DNA of 64,000 nt from a bacterium (GCA_040753085.1 JBFMHI010000002.1:4087-68086); one strand, 5' to 3'. Shown: positions 45,267 through 54,851, counted from the first letter of the stretch. Notes: generated by a model not told the origin, from the letters alone. Made by a program: numbers and translations.

Positions 45267-46006
45267 TTCACATAAGGTCTCCAAAAGAATTGGCTAAAAT
45301 GCGGCGTGGGGGCCGACTGGTAGCCGAGACCTTACAAATGCTGACCAAGTTGGTTAGACCGGGGATTAAAACCCTGGAATTAGATCGGGCCGCTTATGAG
45401 TTTATCACCTCACGGGGAGCAAAACCGGCCTTTTTGGGATATCGAGGGTTTCCGGCCAGTATCTGTACCTCCGTTAATTGCCAGGTAGTTCATGGAATTC
45501 CGGGTCAATATAGGCTTAAAGAAGGAGATATTATTGGAGTTGATCTGGGTGTAATTTGGGAAGGTTATTGTACCGATGCCGCTATTACTATTCCGATATG
45601 TGAAGTAACTCCTGAGACCTCGAGATTATTGGAAGTGGCTTTCGACGCCTTAAAGGCGGCGATGTCTGAGGCCAGGTCAGGCAAGCGAGTGCAAGACATC
45701 TCCTTTGCTATTCAATCTACGGCGGAAGCAGAAGGATTTTTCGCGACAAAAGATTTCGTCGGCCACGGTATTGGCAAAAAGATACATGAAGAACCTCAAA
45801 TACCAAATATCGGCCAGCCAGGGAAGGGGCCGCGTCTTAAACCCGGGATGGTATTATGTCCGGAACCAATGATAAATGCGGGCACAGGAGAGACGGAAGT
45901 CCTGGCAGATGGGTGGACAGCCGTAACTAAAGATAGAAGCCTGTCAGCTCACTTTGAACATACTATTGTGGTGACTGAGGGTGAGCCGGAAATACTAACC
46001 ATATAA
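45263..46006 (+). CDS. map: type I methionine aminopeptidase
   Basis: Metal ligands in conserved context (D..D..H..E..E); 247 aa. Confidence 0.95.
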   Translation: MIHIRSPKELAKMRRGGRLVAETLQMLTKLVRPGIKTLELDRAAYEFITSRGAKPAFLGYRGFPASICTSVNCQVVHGIPGQYRLKEGDIIGVDLGVIWEGYCTDAAITIPICEVTPETSRLLEVAFDALKAAMSEARSGKRVQDISFAIQSTAEAEGFFATKDFVGHGIGKKIHEEPQIPNIGQPGKGPRLKPGMVLCPEPMINAGTGETEVLADGWTAVTKDRSLSAHFEHTIVVTEGEPEILTI

Positions 46007-46009
46007 TTA

Positions 46010-46137
46010 ACGTAACTATTCAGGCAGATAGGCTGAAGGCTTTTAGAAATAAATGCGGAGAGCAGATGATTGCACGTCAGCCTTCAGCCTTCAGTCTTCA
46101 GCCTTCAGCCTTCAGTCTTCAGCCTATCTACCTGAAT
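46010..46137. repeat. CTGAAGG-family hairpin element (GTAACTATTCAGGCAGATAGGCTGAAGG ... (CCTTCAG)n ... CCTATCTACCTGAAT)
   Basis: Close relative of the 10311-10414 element; 8 tandem ccttcag/tcttcag units. Confidence 0.65.
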
Positions 46138-46158
46138 AAATTGTTAATGGGGTGCTAA

Positions 46159-46380
46159 ATGGCTAAGAAGGAAGAGGCAATCCGGGTAGAGGGAACAGTG
46201 GTTGAAGCCTTGCCGAATACCAATTTTAAGGTAGAATTGGAGAATGGACATAAGGTCTTAGCCCATATATCCGGGAAGATGAGAATGCATTTTATCAGGA
46301 TATTGCCTGGAGACAAGGTGACAGTGGAGCTTTCTCCTTATGATCTCACCAGGGGGAGAATTATCTATCGGGCTAAATAA
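46159..46380 (+). CDS. infA: translation initiation factor IF-1
   Basis: [42 protein letters not shown].... Confidence 0.95.
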   Translation: MAKKEEAIRVEGTVVEALPNTNFKVELENGHKVLAHISGKMRMHFIRILPGDKVTVELSPYDLTRGRIIYRAK

Positions 46381-46484
46381 TCAGAAGACAGAAATCAGAG
46401 GACAGATGACAGACATCTATATTTGAAACTTCGCCTTGTTCATCGTTTGGGCTATTTACCGACTTCAGCGAAAGGAGATGTATC

Positions 46485-46892
46485 ATGGCCACCGACGAGC
46501 TATGGAGAGAATACGATTATCTCTTCAAACTGGAACAAAAGCTTAACAAGACTCGATGGACGGTATTTGTTGCCTTCTTATCGGTTAGCTTTATCGTCGC
46601 GTGCCTTGTTCTCAAGGAGATGGCTACGCTTGGGCCGTTGTTTGGAAAGTGTGGTATGACATTCGGGTGGCTCGTTTTCATGGCGGGCTTCTACCATTAC
46701 TGGTGGTTTCATAGGAGAGCACATGAACTCCGGAACCGTATGTGCGAACTCGAGAAAAAGCTTGCCATCAGTGTATTCATAATCCGCACGAATAGACCAC
46801 AACTGTGGGGTATGAAGATTTACTACCACTGGGCGGTGGACACTATGGCCATTGCTTACACCTTCATACTGATAATCCTCTTGGTGCGGTAG
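46485..46892 (+). CDS. hypothetical small membrane protein (3 predicted TM helices), GC-rich foreign insertion between infA and rpmJ
   Basis: Codon usage distinct from the flanking genes; helices WTVFVAFLSVSFIVACLVL, FGWLVFMAGFYHYWWF, WAVDTMAIAYTFILIILLV. Confidence 0.5.
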   Translation: MATDELWREYDYLFKLEQKLNKTRWTVFVAFLSVSFIVACLVLKEMATLGPLFGKCGMTFGWLVFMAGFYHYWWFHRRAHELRNRMCELEKKLAISVFIIRTNRPQLWGMKIYYHWAVDTMAIAYTFILIILLVR

Positions 46893-47005
46893 CCGGAGGG
46901 TACGATATTGAGCGCCAGCTAACAACCGGTTGCAGTGGACGGCCTTTGGCCGCCGCTGAACCGTAGCGATGAACAAGGCTGGTAAGTTGAATTGAGGTTT
47001 TAGAA

Positions 47006-47119
47006 ATGAAAGTCAGGGCATCGGTTAAAAAGATATGTGAGAAATGCAAGATCATCAAAAGAAAAGGGATAGTGCGGGTTATCTGTGCTAACCCCAGACA
47101 TAAACAGAGGCAAGGGTAA
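47006..47119 (+). CDS. rpmJ: 50S ribosomal protein L36
   Basis: Own translation [37 protein letters not shown]; below the ORF-track size cutoff. Confidence 0.9.
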   Translation: MKVRASVKKICEKCKIIKRKGIVRVICANPRHKQRQG

Positions 47120-47149
47120 TAATTATCAATTGATAATTGGCCATATCGC

Positions 47150-47245
47150 AAAACTCGCCCAGAAGTCACTTTGTCTGGTGTCTGGCGGTTATCAGACTAC
47201 CAAACACCAAAGACAAGTGGCCGGGGTGACTTTGGCGGTAGGGCG
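47150..47245. repeat. hairpin repeat, copy 2 (inverted relative to 28905-29040)
   Basis: cgcccagaagtcactttgtctggtgtctgg ... accaaacaccaaagacaagtggccggggtgactttggcggtagggcg; flanked by ttatcaattgataattgg / attgataatggtcaattac. Confidence 0.55.
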
Positions 47246-47302
47246 ATAATTGATAATGGTCAATTACTAATTGTTAATGGAGAAGAGGGGGGTGTGGTTT
47301 AG

Positions 47303-47680
47303 TTGGCCAGAATTGTGGGCGTAGATTTGCCGCGTGATAAGCGAGTTGAAGTAGCTTTAAGCTATATCTATGGCATCGGTATGTCCTCTTCCAGGAAAAT
47401 TATTGGTATGGCTAACATTAATCCTGATACTCGGGTCCGGGATTTGACGGAAGAAGAAGTGACCAGGCTGAGGAATGTTATTGAGAAGAATTTTAAAGTG
47501 GAAGGTGATCTGCGAAGAGAGGTAACGCAGAATATAAAGAGACTTATGGATATAGGCTGTTATCGTGGGCTGAGACATCGTAGGGGTTTGCCGGTGAGGG
47601 GACAACGGACCCATACTAATGCCAGGACCAGAAAGGGCCCCAAAAGGATTATGGTAGGCAGAAAGAAAGGAAAGACGTAA
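47303..47680 (+). CDS. rpsM: 30S ribosomal protein S13
   Basis: [26 protein letters not shown].... Confidence 0.95.
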   Translation: MARIVGVDLPRDKRVEVALSYIYGIGMSSSRKIIGMANINPDTRVRDLTEEEVTRLRNVIEKNFKVEGDLRREVTQNIKRLMDIGCYRGLRHRRGLPVRGQRTHTNARTRKGPKRIMVGRKKGKT

Positions 47681-47682
47681 AA

Positions 47683-48069
47683 ATGGCTAAAAAAAGTTCT
47701 AAGAAGGCAGGGGGTAAGAAAAACATAAGAGTCGGGGTGGCTCACATACAATCTACTTTTAATAATACTATTGTTACCATTACTGATCAGATAGGTAATG
47801 CCTTGACGTGGGCTAGCGCGGGGACGGTGGGCTTTAAAGGTTCACGGAAATCGACACCTTTTGCGGCTCAAATGGCGGCTGAGGTAGCCGGAAAAAAGGC
47901 AAAGGATCAGGGGATGGAAGAGATTTCCGTTTATGTAACCGGTCCGGGAGCAGGGAGAGAATCAGCTATCCGGTCTCTTCAAGCCACTGGCCTGGAGGTC
48001 AAATTAATTAAGGATGTGACCCCTATTCCTCATAATGGTTGTCGGCCCAGAAAGCGGAGAAGGGTATAG
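47683..48069 (+). CDS. rpsK: 30S ribosomal protein S11
   Basis: S11-like sequence; operon position. Confidence 0.95.
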   Translation: MAKKSSKKAGGKKNIRVGVAHIQSTFNNTIVTITDQIGNALTWASAGTVGFKGSRKSTPFAAQMAAEVAGKKAKDQGMEEISVYVTGPGAGRESAIRSLQATGLEVKLIKDVTPIPHNGCRPRKRRRV

Positions 48070-48088
48070 TAAAAGGAGGGAGTTACTA

Positions 48089-48718
48089 ATGGCTCGATAT
48101 AAGGGGCCGGTTTGTAGGCTTTGCCGTCGGGAAGGTTCTAAACTGTTTTTGAAGGGCGAAAGGTGCCTTACTGAGGAATGCAGTATTACCAAGCGTAATT
48201 ATGTTCCTGGATTCAAAGGTCAGGATAAGCGTCGTAAGATTTCCGAGTATGGAATCCAGCTTCGAGAAAAACAAAAAATAAAAAGAACCTATGGAATTTT
48301 GGAGCGGCAGTTTAGAAACTATTTTTATAAGGCCGAACGACAGCCTGGTATGACCGGCCAAAATCTTATCTTTCTTTTAGAACGAAGGCTGGATAATGTT
48401 ATTTATAGGTTAGGATGGGCGTCCTCCAGAGCCCAGGCGCGACAGTTGGTTGAACACGGCCATTTTCTGGTTAACGGTAAAAAGGTAGATATTCCCTCTT
48501 TTATGGTTAAACCTGATGATGAGTTGGGGGTCTACCCACGAGACAGGAGTAAAAAACTAATAAAGGAATCGGTGGCCAGGCGGGCTAAAAAGGGAATTTC
48601 TGCCTGGTTAGAGGTCAATCCGGAGAATTTAACGGGTCGGTTTGTCAGAATCCCTGAAAGAGAAGAGATCGACCTTGAGGCCAATGAATCTTTGGTGGTG
48701 GAGCTTTATTCTAAGTAA
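48089..48718 (+). CDS. rpsD: 30S ribosomal protein S4 (start at MARYKGPVCRLCRREG)
   Basis: Canonical S4 N-terminus begins at 48089; the track ORF start at 48035 overlaps rpsK. Confidence 0.9.
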   Translation: MARYKGPVCRLCRREGSKLFLKGERCLTEECSITKRNYVPGFKGQDKRRKISEYGIQLREKQKIKRTYGILERQFRNYFYKAERQPGMTGQNLIFLLERRLDNVIYRLGWASSRAQARQLVEHGHFLVNGKKVDIPSFMVKPDDELGVYPRDRSKKLIKESVARRAKKGISAWLEVNPENLTGRFVRIPEREEIDLEANESLVVELYSK

Positions 48719-48730
48719 TTAACAATTATC

Positions 48731-48866
48731 GTAACCGTTCATCACATGATGCTCGATGCTCGATCCTGGATGCTCGATGCTCGATGACGGGATCCTTTTT
48801 TATCATCGAGGATCGAGCTTCGAGGATCGAGTTGGTGTCCTTGTGCCTGAGGGGCTGAACGTTTAC
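48731..48866. mobile_element. CATCGAG-family MITE (TIR GTAACCGTTCA / TGAACGTTTAC), TSD CAATTATC / CAATTATT (7 of 8)
   Basis: gtaaccgttcatcacatgatgctcgatgctcgatcctggatgctcgatgctcgatgacgggatccttttttatcatcgaggatcgagcttcgaggatcgag...ggctgaacgtttac. Confidence 0.75.
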
Positions 48867-49033
48867 CAATTATTAATTCAGCTGGGCGAAAGTTTCGGGG
48901 TGGTTTCAGGAGGGTTGGAGGATTCATCACTTGAATCCTCCAACCCTTGACCCCTATCTGACTTCAAACCAGGCAGGAATTTACGCCGGGCTGTATTAAT
49001 GGTTAATTACCAGTATTGGAGGGAAATAGTGGT

Positions 49034-50056
49034 ATGGGTGCAATACTATCCAGCAAGAGAGGGATAAAAGATATTGCTAAACTAAAGCGAGTAGATTACG
49101 AGGAAGCGACTCTAACTAATACTTACGGAAGATTCTTTGCCGGTCCTTTCGAAAAAGGCTTAGCCATTACTATTGGTAATAGTATCCGAAGGATGCTTCT
49201 TTCATCATTAACCGGAGCAGCTGTGACCTCAGTGAAGATAGCCGGTGCCCTCCATGAATTCTCGACCCTGCCGGGGGTAGTGGAAGATATAACTGATATT
49301 ATCCTTAATTTGAAGGGACTGGTGGTCAAATTACATAATAGTAGCGGGCCTAAGACGATGCGTTTGGAGGTAGAGAGAGAGGGAGAGGTAACAGCCGCCG
49401 ACATAGATGCCCCAGCTCAGGTAGAGATTTTAAATCCGGATCATCATATCGCTACGCTTAATTCAGAAGGGACAAAATTGGAGATGGAAATAGAAGTTGA
49501 TACCGGAATTGGTTATGTCCCAGCGGAAATAAATAAGCAAGATAATCAGTCTGTTGGAGTTATACCCATAGATTCTTTCTTTTCTCCGGTAAAGAAGGTT
49601 AAATATGAAATCGAGGACGTCCGGGTAGAACATGTGACTGATTATGAGCGTCTTATTATAGAAGTTTGGACTAATGGCAGTATGGTTCCTCGGGATGCCC
49701 TGGCCTACGCCGCTAAACATCTCAAAGATAATCTGGCTATTTTTATCAACTTTGAAGAGGGCGTAATAGAAGAACCGGAGACAGAAGAAGATAAAGAACG
49801 GGAGAGACTTAAGGCCATTTTGAGAATACCTGTCGAGGAATTGGAACTCTCTGTTCGTTCGGCTAATTGTCTAAGGAGCGATAATATTCGGACCCTGGGA
49901 GAGATGGCTATGAAAACAGAGCAAGATATGTTGAAGACCAGGAATTTTGGAAAAAAATCTTTATTGGAAATTAAGGAGAAATTGGCCGCTTATGGCCTTC
50001 ATTTGGGTATGGAAGGTATTGAAGAATTAATGAAGGAAGATGAGGAAGAGAAGTAA
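49034..50056 (+). CDS. rpoA: DNA-directed RNA polymerase subunit alpha
   Basis: NTD and CTD of RpoA; start chosen at the ATG following RBS ggaggg. Confidence 0.93.
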   Translation: MGAILSSKRGIKDIAKLKRVDYEEATLTNTYGRFFAGPFEKGLAITIGNSIRRMLLSSLTGAAVTSVKIAGALHEFSTLPGVVEDITDIILNLKGLVVKLHNSSGPKTMRLEVEREGEVTAADIDAPAQVEILNPDHHIATLNSEGTKLEMEIEVDTGIGYVPAEINKQDNQSVGVIPIDSFFSPVKKVKYEIEDVRVEHVTDYERLIIEVWTNGSMVPRDALAYAAKHLKDNLAIFINFEEGVIEEPETEEDKERERLKAILRIPVEELELSVRSANCLRSDNIRTLGEMAMKTEQDMLKTRNFGKKSLLEIKEKLAAYGLHLGMEGIEELMKEDEEEK

Positions 50057-50427
50057 TGCGCCACTTAAAAAAAGGAAAGAAATTAGGACGAACTGTTTCC
50101 CACCGGAAGGCAATGCTTTCTAATTTAACCACCTCTCTCTTCAGACATGGCAGGATTACTACCACCGAAGCTAAGGCTAAGGAGCTGGTCAAAGTAGCCA
50201 GCCGGGTGATAACTACGGCTAAGGGGGAAGATCCTCTACATGCCAGACGTCAAGTCGTAAAGCTGATTAAGGATAAAGAAATAGTAAAGACTCTTTTTGA
50301 CGATATTGCGCCCAGGTTTAAAGACAGGCCAGGGGGATATATTCGTGTTTTAAGAGCCGGCCAACGACAAGGAGATGCGGCCCAGTTAGCCATAGTTGAG
50401 TTGGTAGAAGAAGCCTATGAAGTTTAA
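50056..50427 (+). CDS. rplQ: 50S ribosomal protein L17
   Basis: [21 protein letters not shown].... Confidence 0.95.
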   Translation: MRHLKKGKKLGRTVSHRKAMLSNLTTSLFRHGRITTTEAKAKELVKVASRVITTAKGEDPLHARRQVVKLIKDKEIVKTLFDDIAPRFKDRPGGYIRVLRAGQRQGDAAQLAIVELVEEAYEV

Positions 50428-50505
50428 GGCATTATTTCGTAAATACGCTCAACTCGCTTTCGACTACGTTCAGCCAACTTCCGCGCCTCGGCGTAAGATA
50501 TGTAT

Positions 50506-50545
50506 TTCTAACCTCTCCGCCAAACGCCGGGCTTCTGTGCTCCCG
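50506..50545 (+). terminator. terminator-like hairpin AAACGCCGGGCTTCTGTGCTCCCGGGCGTTT downstream of rplQ
   Basis: 10-bp GC-rich stem; weak T-tract. Confidence 0.35.
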
Positions 50546-50695
50546 GGCGTTTACCTTCCGCCAGCTACCTAACAGTCAATGTATTTCTTTTTCATGCCGA
50601 TTCTCCTTTCTATAACACATTGCTATCATATTAGAGATATCGACATAATTGCCTAATAACTAAATCAAAGGTCATGGAAAAATTTCGACCTGTAC

Positions 50696-50949
50696 GGTTA
50701 AGGTTGTAGACTACTACTGACGCTGAAAGCGTCAAATTTTAAATAGCCGTAGGTGCAAGCTACGGAAGATAAATACATCCGCAACGCTCGACCCTGCAAG
50801 GGTCGAATTATCCATCACATAGAATTCAACCCTTTCAGGGTTGAGCTGTGGTAGATGCTTCGTTTCCGCAGGTTTTACCTGTGGTTATGTAAAATTCAAA
50901 CCTTTCAGGTTTGAGGAGAATTGCTTGTAATTCCTAACCGTACGGGTCG
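50696..50949. mobile_element. second copy of the approximately 258-bp structured MITE (TIR CGACCTGTACGGTTA / TAACCGTACGGGTCG)
   Basis: About 90% identical to 33216-33473, including all internal hairpins. Confidence 0.75.
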
Positions 50950-50957
50950 AAATTTTT

Positions 50958-51245
50958 CGACCTGTGAAATAGGTTTATACAAATATCCCCCAATTAGGGT
51001 AAGAAAGAGAATAAACAGATCGCTCCTCTGGAGCTAATTTGTTATGAGAGATATATTCTACAAACATGTCGCTCCTCTGGAGCTAACCTGAATAAAGCTC
51101 CGTAGGAGAGCAATCTGTTTGTAGTATTTCGCAAAAGCAATATATTTGCAGCTCCGTAGGAGCGACCTGTTTTTAGTAGTAGAGCTTGAATATCTATGTC
51201 TATGGGAAGTTTCTTGCATTTTATTTAAATCTATTTCACAGGTCG
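50958..51245. mobile_element. 288-bp MITE (20-bp TIR CGACCTGTGAAATAGGTTTA / TAAATCTATTTCACAGGTCG) with a perfect 8-bp TSD AAATTTTT; the internal GCTCC-nnn-GGAGC hairpin units (GTCGCTCCTACGGAGC and its variant GCTCCAGAGGAGC) are arranged as a long palindrome; inverted copy at 62578-62866
   Basis: AAATTTTT at 50950-50957 and 51246-51253; the element is inserted immediately after the terminus of the previous element. Confidence 0.8.
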
Positions 51246-51261
51246 AAATTTTTCTTCACGG

Positions 51262-51294
51262 GTAACCGTTCATCCCATGAGGCTGAACGCTTAC
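51262..51294. mobile_element. minimal ('solo-TIR') CATCGAG-family element, GTAACCGTTCATCCCATGAGGCTGAACGCTTAC, with a perfect 8-bp TSD CTTCACGG
   Basis: CTTCACGG at 51254-51261 and 51295-51302; it contains only the two termini, with the heptamer core absent. Confidence 0.75.
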
Positions 51295-51327
51295 CTTCAC
51301 GGCTGACGCATAAATTACCGAATATTA

Positions 51328-52086
51328 ATGTCAAGGTCAAAAACTATGTCCATCTATAAAACCAGGGCCATTGTTTTAAGAACCAGGGAGTTAGGCGAGA
51401 CAAGCCGGATTATTAGGCTGTATTCTCTTAGGTATGGTAAGATAGATGCTGTAGCTAAAGGAATCAGGAACTTGACTTCCCGTTTTGGGGCGAGACTGGA
51501 GCCTTTTACCCTGGTCGATCTGGTCCTTTGGGGAGATGTAGAAAAAGAAGGACTCCAGATCATTACCCAGGCCCAAATTATTAATTCACATCAAGCCCTG
51601 CGTGAAGACCTCGACCGGATAGCTATCAGCTCCTTTCTGGTCGAGTTAGTAGAATCCCTGGTTGAAGGAGGCAGTGAGGCGAATATCTTTTATCTCCTTG
51701 AAAACTTCCTTTACGCCTTAGAGACCAGAATCTCTCCCCTGTTTATTTACGCCTTTTTGCTTAAATTACTTTCCTTGCTTGGCCTTAAGCCCCATCTAAA
51801 AGACTGTCTAAATTGTCACGGCCAAGTAGAGACCAGGGTCGTATTTTCTGCCGCCGAGGGAGGAATTTTCTGCCTTTCCTGTGCTCCACCCCGAGGAGTA
51901 ATCACTATTTCAGCCGGAACCCTGGCGCTGGCCAAACAGCTTTTGGCCCTTCCCCCCTTAAAGATAGACCAAATAAGGCCTTCCCCCCCTCTCTTGCTCG
52001 AGCTGAAATCAATGATTCTTGACCATTTATTGGCTCAGCATCTGCCGAGGCATCTGAAAAGCTTGAAGTTCCTTATTATTCCTTGA
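51328..52086 (+). CDS. recO: DNA repair protein RecO
   Basis: OB-fold N-terminus, C4 zinc finger CLNCHG...CLSC. Confidence 0.85.
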   Translation: MSRSKTMSIYKTRAIVLRTRELGETSRIIRLYSLRYGKIDAVAKGIRNLTSRFGARLEPFTLVDLVLWGDVEKEGLQIITQAQIINSHQALREDLDRIAISSFLVELVESLVEGGSEANIFYLLENFLYALETRISPLFIYAFLLKLLSLLGLKPHLKDCLNCHGQVETRVVFSAAEGGIFCLSCAPPRGVITISAGTLALAKQLLALPPLKIDQIRPSPPLLLELKSMILDHLLAQHLPRHLKSLKFLIIP

Positions 52087-52930
52087 GCGCCCCCATGCGG
52101 ATGCCTTTAACAAAGAATCCTTGAAAGGCAAAAAAGATAATCATCATCGGCACGGCCGCCACGACTGCTCCAGCCATAAGCAGGCCATAGTCTAACACCT
52201 GTTTACTTTGCAGGGTGGCCAGACCGACAGGGAGGGTATAGCGAGAGGCTGAATTAAGGACAATCAGCGGCCAGAGGAAGGCATTCCAGTAAGTGATAAA
52301 AGTAAAAATCCCCAAAGCTCCTAAGACCGGTTTCGAGAGAGGCAGTATAATATGCCGGTAAATACCGGCTTCTGAGCAGCCGTCCATTCTGGCGGCATCT
52401 TCCAGGTCCCGCGGTAGGCCTTCCATATACTGCTTCATCAGGAATATTCCGAAAGGACCGGCCAAACCGGGTAAAATAACCGCCCAGAGAGAATCAAGCA
52501 GATGCAGTTTGCTCATCATTAAATAAAGAGGCACTACTATCACCTGTCCCGGAATCATCATTAAAGATATAATCGCCCAGAAGAGGATGGTCTTGCCAGG
52601 AAAATCCTTGCGGGCAAAGGCATAGCCGGCCAGGGAATCAAAGAGAAGGTGAAAAAAGGTGACGGCCAGGCTGATTAAAGTAGAGTTAAAAAGCCAGCGC
52701 AATATCTCGGAATGGCTGAAGAGGTCTTTAAAGTTCATCCAGGTGTAGTCCCGGCCAAGTAAATCAGGGGGCACCTGGGTGATACTCTCCGGATGAGTAA
52801 AGGCCGTGACAAACATCCAGACCAGGGGAAAAAGAAAAATGGCTGCTCCGGCAAACAATAAGGCGTAAAGGCCGATTTCGAGTTTCGAGTTGGGGGCAGC
52901 CGCTTGCGGGTCGTCGAGTTTCGGGTTCAT
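52076..52930 (-). CDS. carbohydrate-type ABC transporter permease (orphan; its N-terminal codons are encoded by a GAGTTTC heptamer array)
   Basis: EAA loop [22 protein letters not shown]; 6 TM helices. The track N-terminus [20 protein letters not shown] is translated from heptamer repeats at 52880-52925, so the true start is uncertain. Confidence 0.75.
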   Translation of the reverse strand: MNPKLDDPQAAAPNSKLEIGLYALLFAGAAIFLFPLVWMFVTAFTHPESITQVPPDLLGRDYTWMNFKDLFSHSEILRWLFNSTLISLAVTFFHLLFDSLAGYAFARKDFPGKTILFWAIISLMMIPGQVIVVPLYLMMSKLHLLDSLWAVILPGLAGPFGIFLMKQYMEGLPRDLEDAARMDGCSEAGIYRHIILPLSKPVLGALGIFTFITYWNAFLWPLIVLNSASRYTLPVGLATLQSKQVLDYGLLMAGAVVAAVPMMIIFFAFQGFFVKGIRMGALKE

Positions 52931-52936
52931 TTAATG

Positions 52937-53092
52937 CTCTCTTTTGGTCCAGAAGATACAAAGTTTTGCCGGTTGCGCGCCTCGAAAGCTCGGTTGATAA
53001 TTTAACCCTCTGCGCCTCGCCGCCGGAAAGGGTTGTCGGGGGTTGGCCGAGCTTGATGTATCCGAGGCCAACGTCATAAAGGGTCTGGACGA
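52937..53092 (-). pseudogene. remnant of uvrA (C-terminal ABC signature region), GC-rich
   Basis: Own minus-strand translation [49 protein letters not shown] matches the UvrA consensus [27 protein letters not shown]....TLYILDEPTTGLH. It then loses frame (QKRALNEPE) with no upstream continuation. Confidence 0.6.
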
Positions 53093-53289
53093 TTTTTTAA
53101 TCTCTACTGTTCCATATTGGGTAGCAGACAATATTATCCTCCTTTATCTTAAGTTCGTATTGTCAACCTAAGTTTTGCACGAAATCGAATTTATCGTCTT
53201 TCTTTTTTTATAAGCCACAGATTTACACGGATGAACACAGATAAAAACTAACTCTCTACAAGAATTTGTTCTTGTGATTTTTGTGAGAA

Positions 53290-53700
53290 TCAATGAACAT
53301 TCTTCTTTAGCATAACTTCTTTCACTGGAACAGGGTAAGCACTGATGACATCATCCATCGTTGTAATGATCAGACCGTGCGCCAATGCTTGGCAAATTAG
53401 CATACGGTCAAACGGATCACGGTGAATCGATGGCAGATTGGCAAGTTTACACACGCTGGCTTCATCGAGCGACAAGCTGGCAATTTGATGCTGTTGGCGC
53501 TGAATGGGGAGATAAACATCGGGTGGTTGAGGTAATGGCAATTTGCCAAGGTGATACTTGACCGTGGCCTCCCACAGAGATACCACGCTCAAATAGACCT
53601 CATTACTCAAGTCACGAATCGCATCACGCATACCAGCCGATAGGCGTCTGTCTGCGCTGATAAACCAAAGGAAGATCTGGGTATCTAGTAAGTGCTTCAT
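53290..53700 (-). CDS. vapC: type II toxin VapC-like PIN-domain ribonuclease
   Basis: N-terminal LLDTQIFLW with conserved Asp; PIN-like acidic residues; 4-bp overlap with the upstream antitoxin gene; GC-rich. Confidence 0.7.
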   Translation of the reverse strand: MKHLLDTQIFLWFISADRRLSAGMRDAIRDLSNEVYLSVVSLWEATVKYHLGKLPLPQPPDVYLPIQRQQHQIASLSLDEASVCKLANLPSIHRDPFDRMLICQALAHGLIITTMDDVISAYPVPVKEVMLKKNVH

Positions 53701-53957
53701 CTTCCCTCGAACTCTTGAATGACATGTTCTGGCAACGGAGCATCAAAATCGTCTGGTGCACTAAATTCCCCAACACACAATCCAAAAGGGCGTAAGAGTT
53801 CAGCCGGCGGAGCAATTGGCCTGATTTCTGCCAATGGCCTACCAGCCTTGACAATCACGAAAGTCTCGCCACCTTCCACACGTTGGAGGTAGGCCGGCAA
53901 ATCCTGCTTTATTTCGTCCACATTGACCTGGACCGTATCAGTACTGATCACAGACAT
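53697..53957 (-). CDS. type II antitoxin (Phd/YefM-like)
   Basis: 86 aa, MSVISTDTVQVNVDEIKQDLPAYLQRVEGGETFVIVKAGRPLAEIRP resembles Phd/YefM; translationally coupled to vapC. Confidence 0.6.
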   Translation of the reverse strand: MSVISTDTVQVNVDEIKQDLPAYLQRVEGGETFVIVKAGRPLAEIRPIAPPAELLRPFGLCVGEFSAPDDFDAPLPEHVIQEFEGR

Positions 53958-54154
53958 TTCAGTTCAATCCTCCGATTCGTCTTCAGCGGCGCGGCATCGC
54001 GGTAGGACGGCCAGTTACCCGACCGCCCCCGCACAGATCCCGGCGTGCAGTTTTGCCGCATCGGGCTCTTCAGTTATCCTCGCTTCCGCCTTCGGCCCTT
54101 GGGCCTTCTTCGCTATTCCCTGCAAGAAGGTGGATAAGCCTTAGTGCAGGTTAT

Positions 54155-54190
54155 TGACTCAAAATCCGAAACTCGAAACCCGAAACGCGG
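54155..54190. repeat. GAAACnCG heptamer array
   Basis: aaatccgaaactcgaaacccgaaacgcggaac. Confidence 0.6.
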
Positions 54191-54193
54191 AAC

Positions 54194-54769
54194 TTAATGT
54201 GGCGGTATATGTGCGGTGGAAATGACACTGTAAATCGGCCCGGCCGGCGTTAACTGGCTCTTCATTAAATTGATCTTAGTCACCGGCATTTTAATAGAAA
54301 CAACCTTTAGTGAACTCATTATTTCAGCCAATTTGTCTCTATTATCTATTTCTTTTACCCGGCCGAGGGTGATGTGAGAGACAAATTCTTTGTCCTCCTT
54401 TGGCACCCCTATACTGAATAATCGGCGATCCAATTCCTGAGCCAGTTGTTTCAGTCTCTCCCGCGGGTCTTTTATCCCTACCCAGACTATTCTTGGCTTT
54501 TTAAGAGACGGGAAAGCCCCTAAGGCATCCAGAGATATCTCGAACCATTCTTTTCTCTGAGCGGTTTCCTGAATGATCTTCGTCACAGACTTGAGATTGT
54601 TCCTGGGAATATTTCCCATGAATTTCAAAGTGAGATGGATAGAATCCGGCTCAACCCACTTTACTTTTGCTACAGCCTTTTTTAGCCGCTCCTGAACACT
54701 AATTAATTCTTCTTTTATCTCCGGGGTAATGGGAATGGCAATAAAGCATCTGATATCAGCATCACTCAT
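54194..54769 (-). CDS. thpR: RNA 2',3'-cyclic phosphodiesterase (2H family)
   Basis: Two H-x-T-x motifs (HLTLKF and HITLGR) at typical spacing. Confidence 0.85.
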   Translation of the reverse strand: MSDADIRCFIAIPITPEIKEELISVQERLKKAVAKVKWVEPDSIHLTLKFMGNIPRNNLKSVTKIIQETAQRKEWFEISLDALGAFPSLKKPRIVWVGIKDPRERLKQLAQELDRRLFSIGVPKEDKEFVSHITLGRVKEIDNRDKLAEIMSSLKVVSIKMPVTKINLMKSQLTPAGPIYSVISTAHIPPH

Positions 54770-54782
54770 AGGTTCATATCTC

Positions 54783-54851
54783 GTAACTACTCAGGTAGAT
54801 AGGCTGTCCCTAAAAGCCTTCCAACTTCAGTTTATTTACCTGAGTAGTTAC
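54783..54851. mobile_element. 69-bp hairpin MITE (TIR GTAACTACTCAGG / CCTGAGTAGTTAC) with a perfect 8-bp TSD CATATCTC, inserted into the 3' end of cinA/pncC
   Basis: CATATCTC at 54775-54782 and 54852-54859; the stop codon of the minus-strand gene (54810-54812) lies inside the element. Confidence 0.75.

Noticed and set aside
50430-50690. Possible minus-strand mini-ORF (MKKKYIDC) and terminus-like GGCTGAACG...TATTTACG sequence downstream of rplQ
   Set aside because: The ORF is too short and lacks an RBS; similarity to MITE termini is partial, so it is at most a degenerate remnant.
50958-51245. Possible CRISPR array (GTCGCTCCTACGGAGC-like units separated by 30-50 bp)
   Set aside because: There are only four units; two are in inverted orientation so the region is a palindrome, not a direct-repeat array. 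The whole block has TIRs and a TSD and recurs inverted at 62578-62866, and there are no cas genes. It is therefore a MITE, not a CRISPR.
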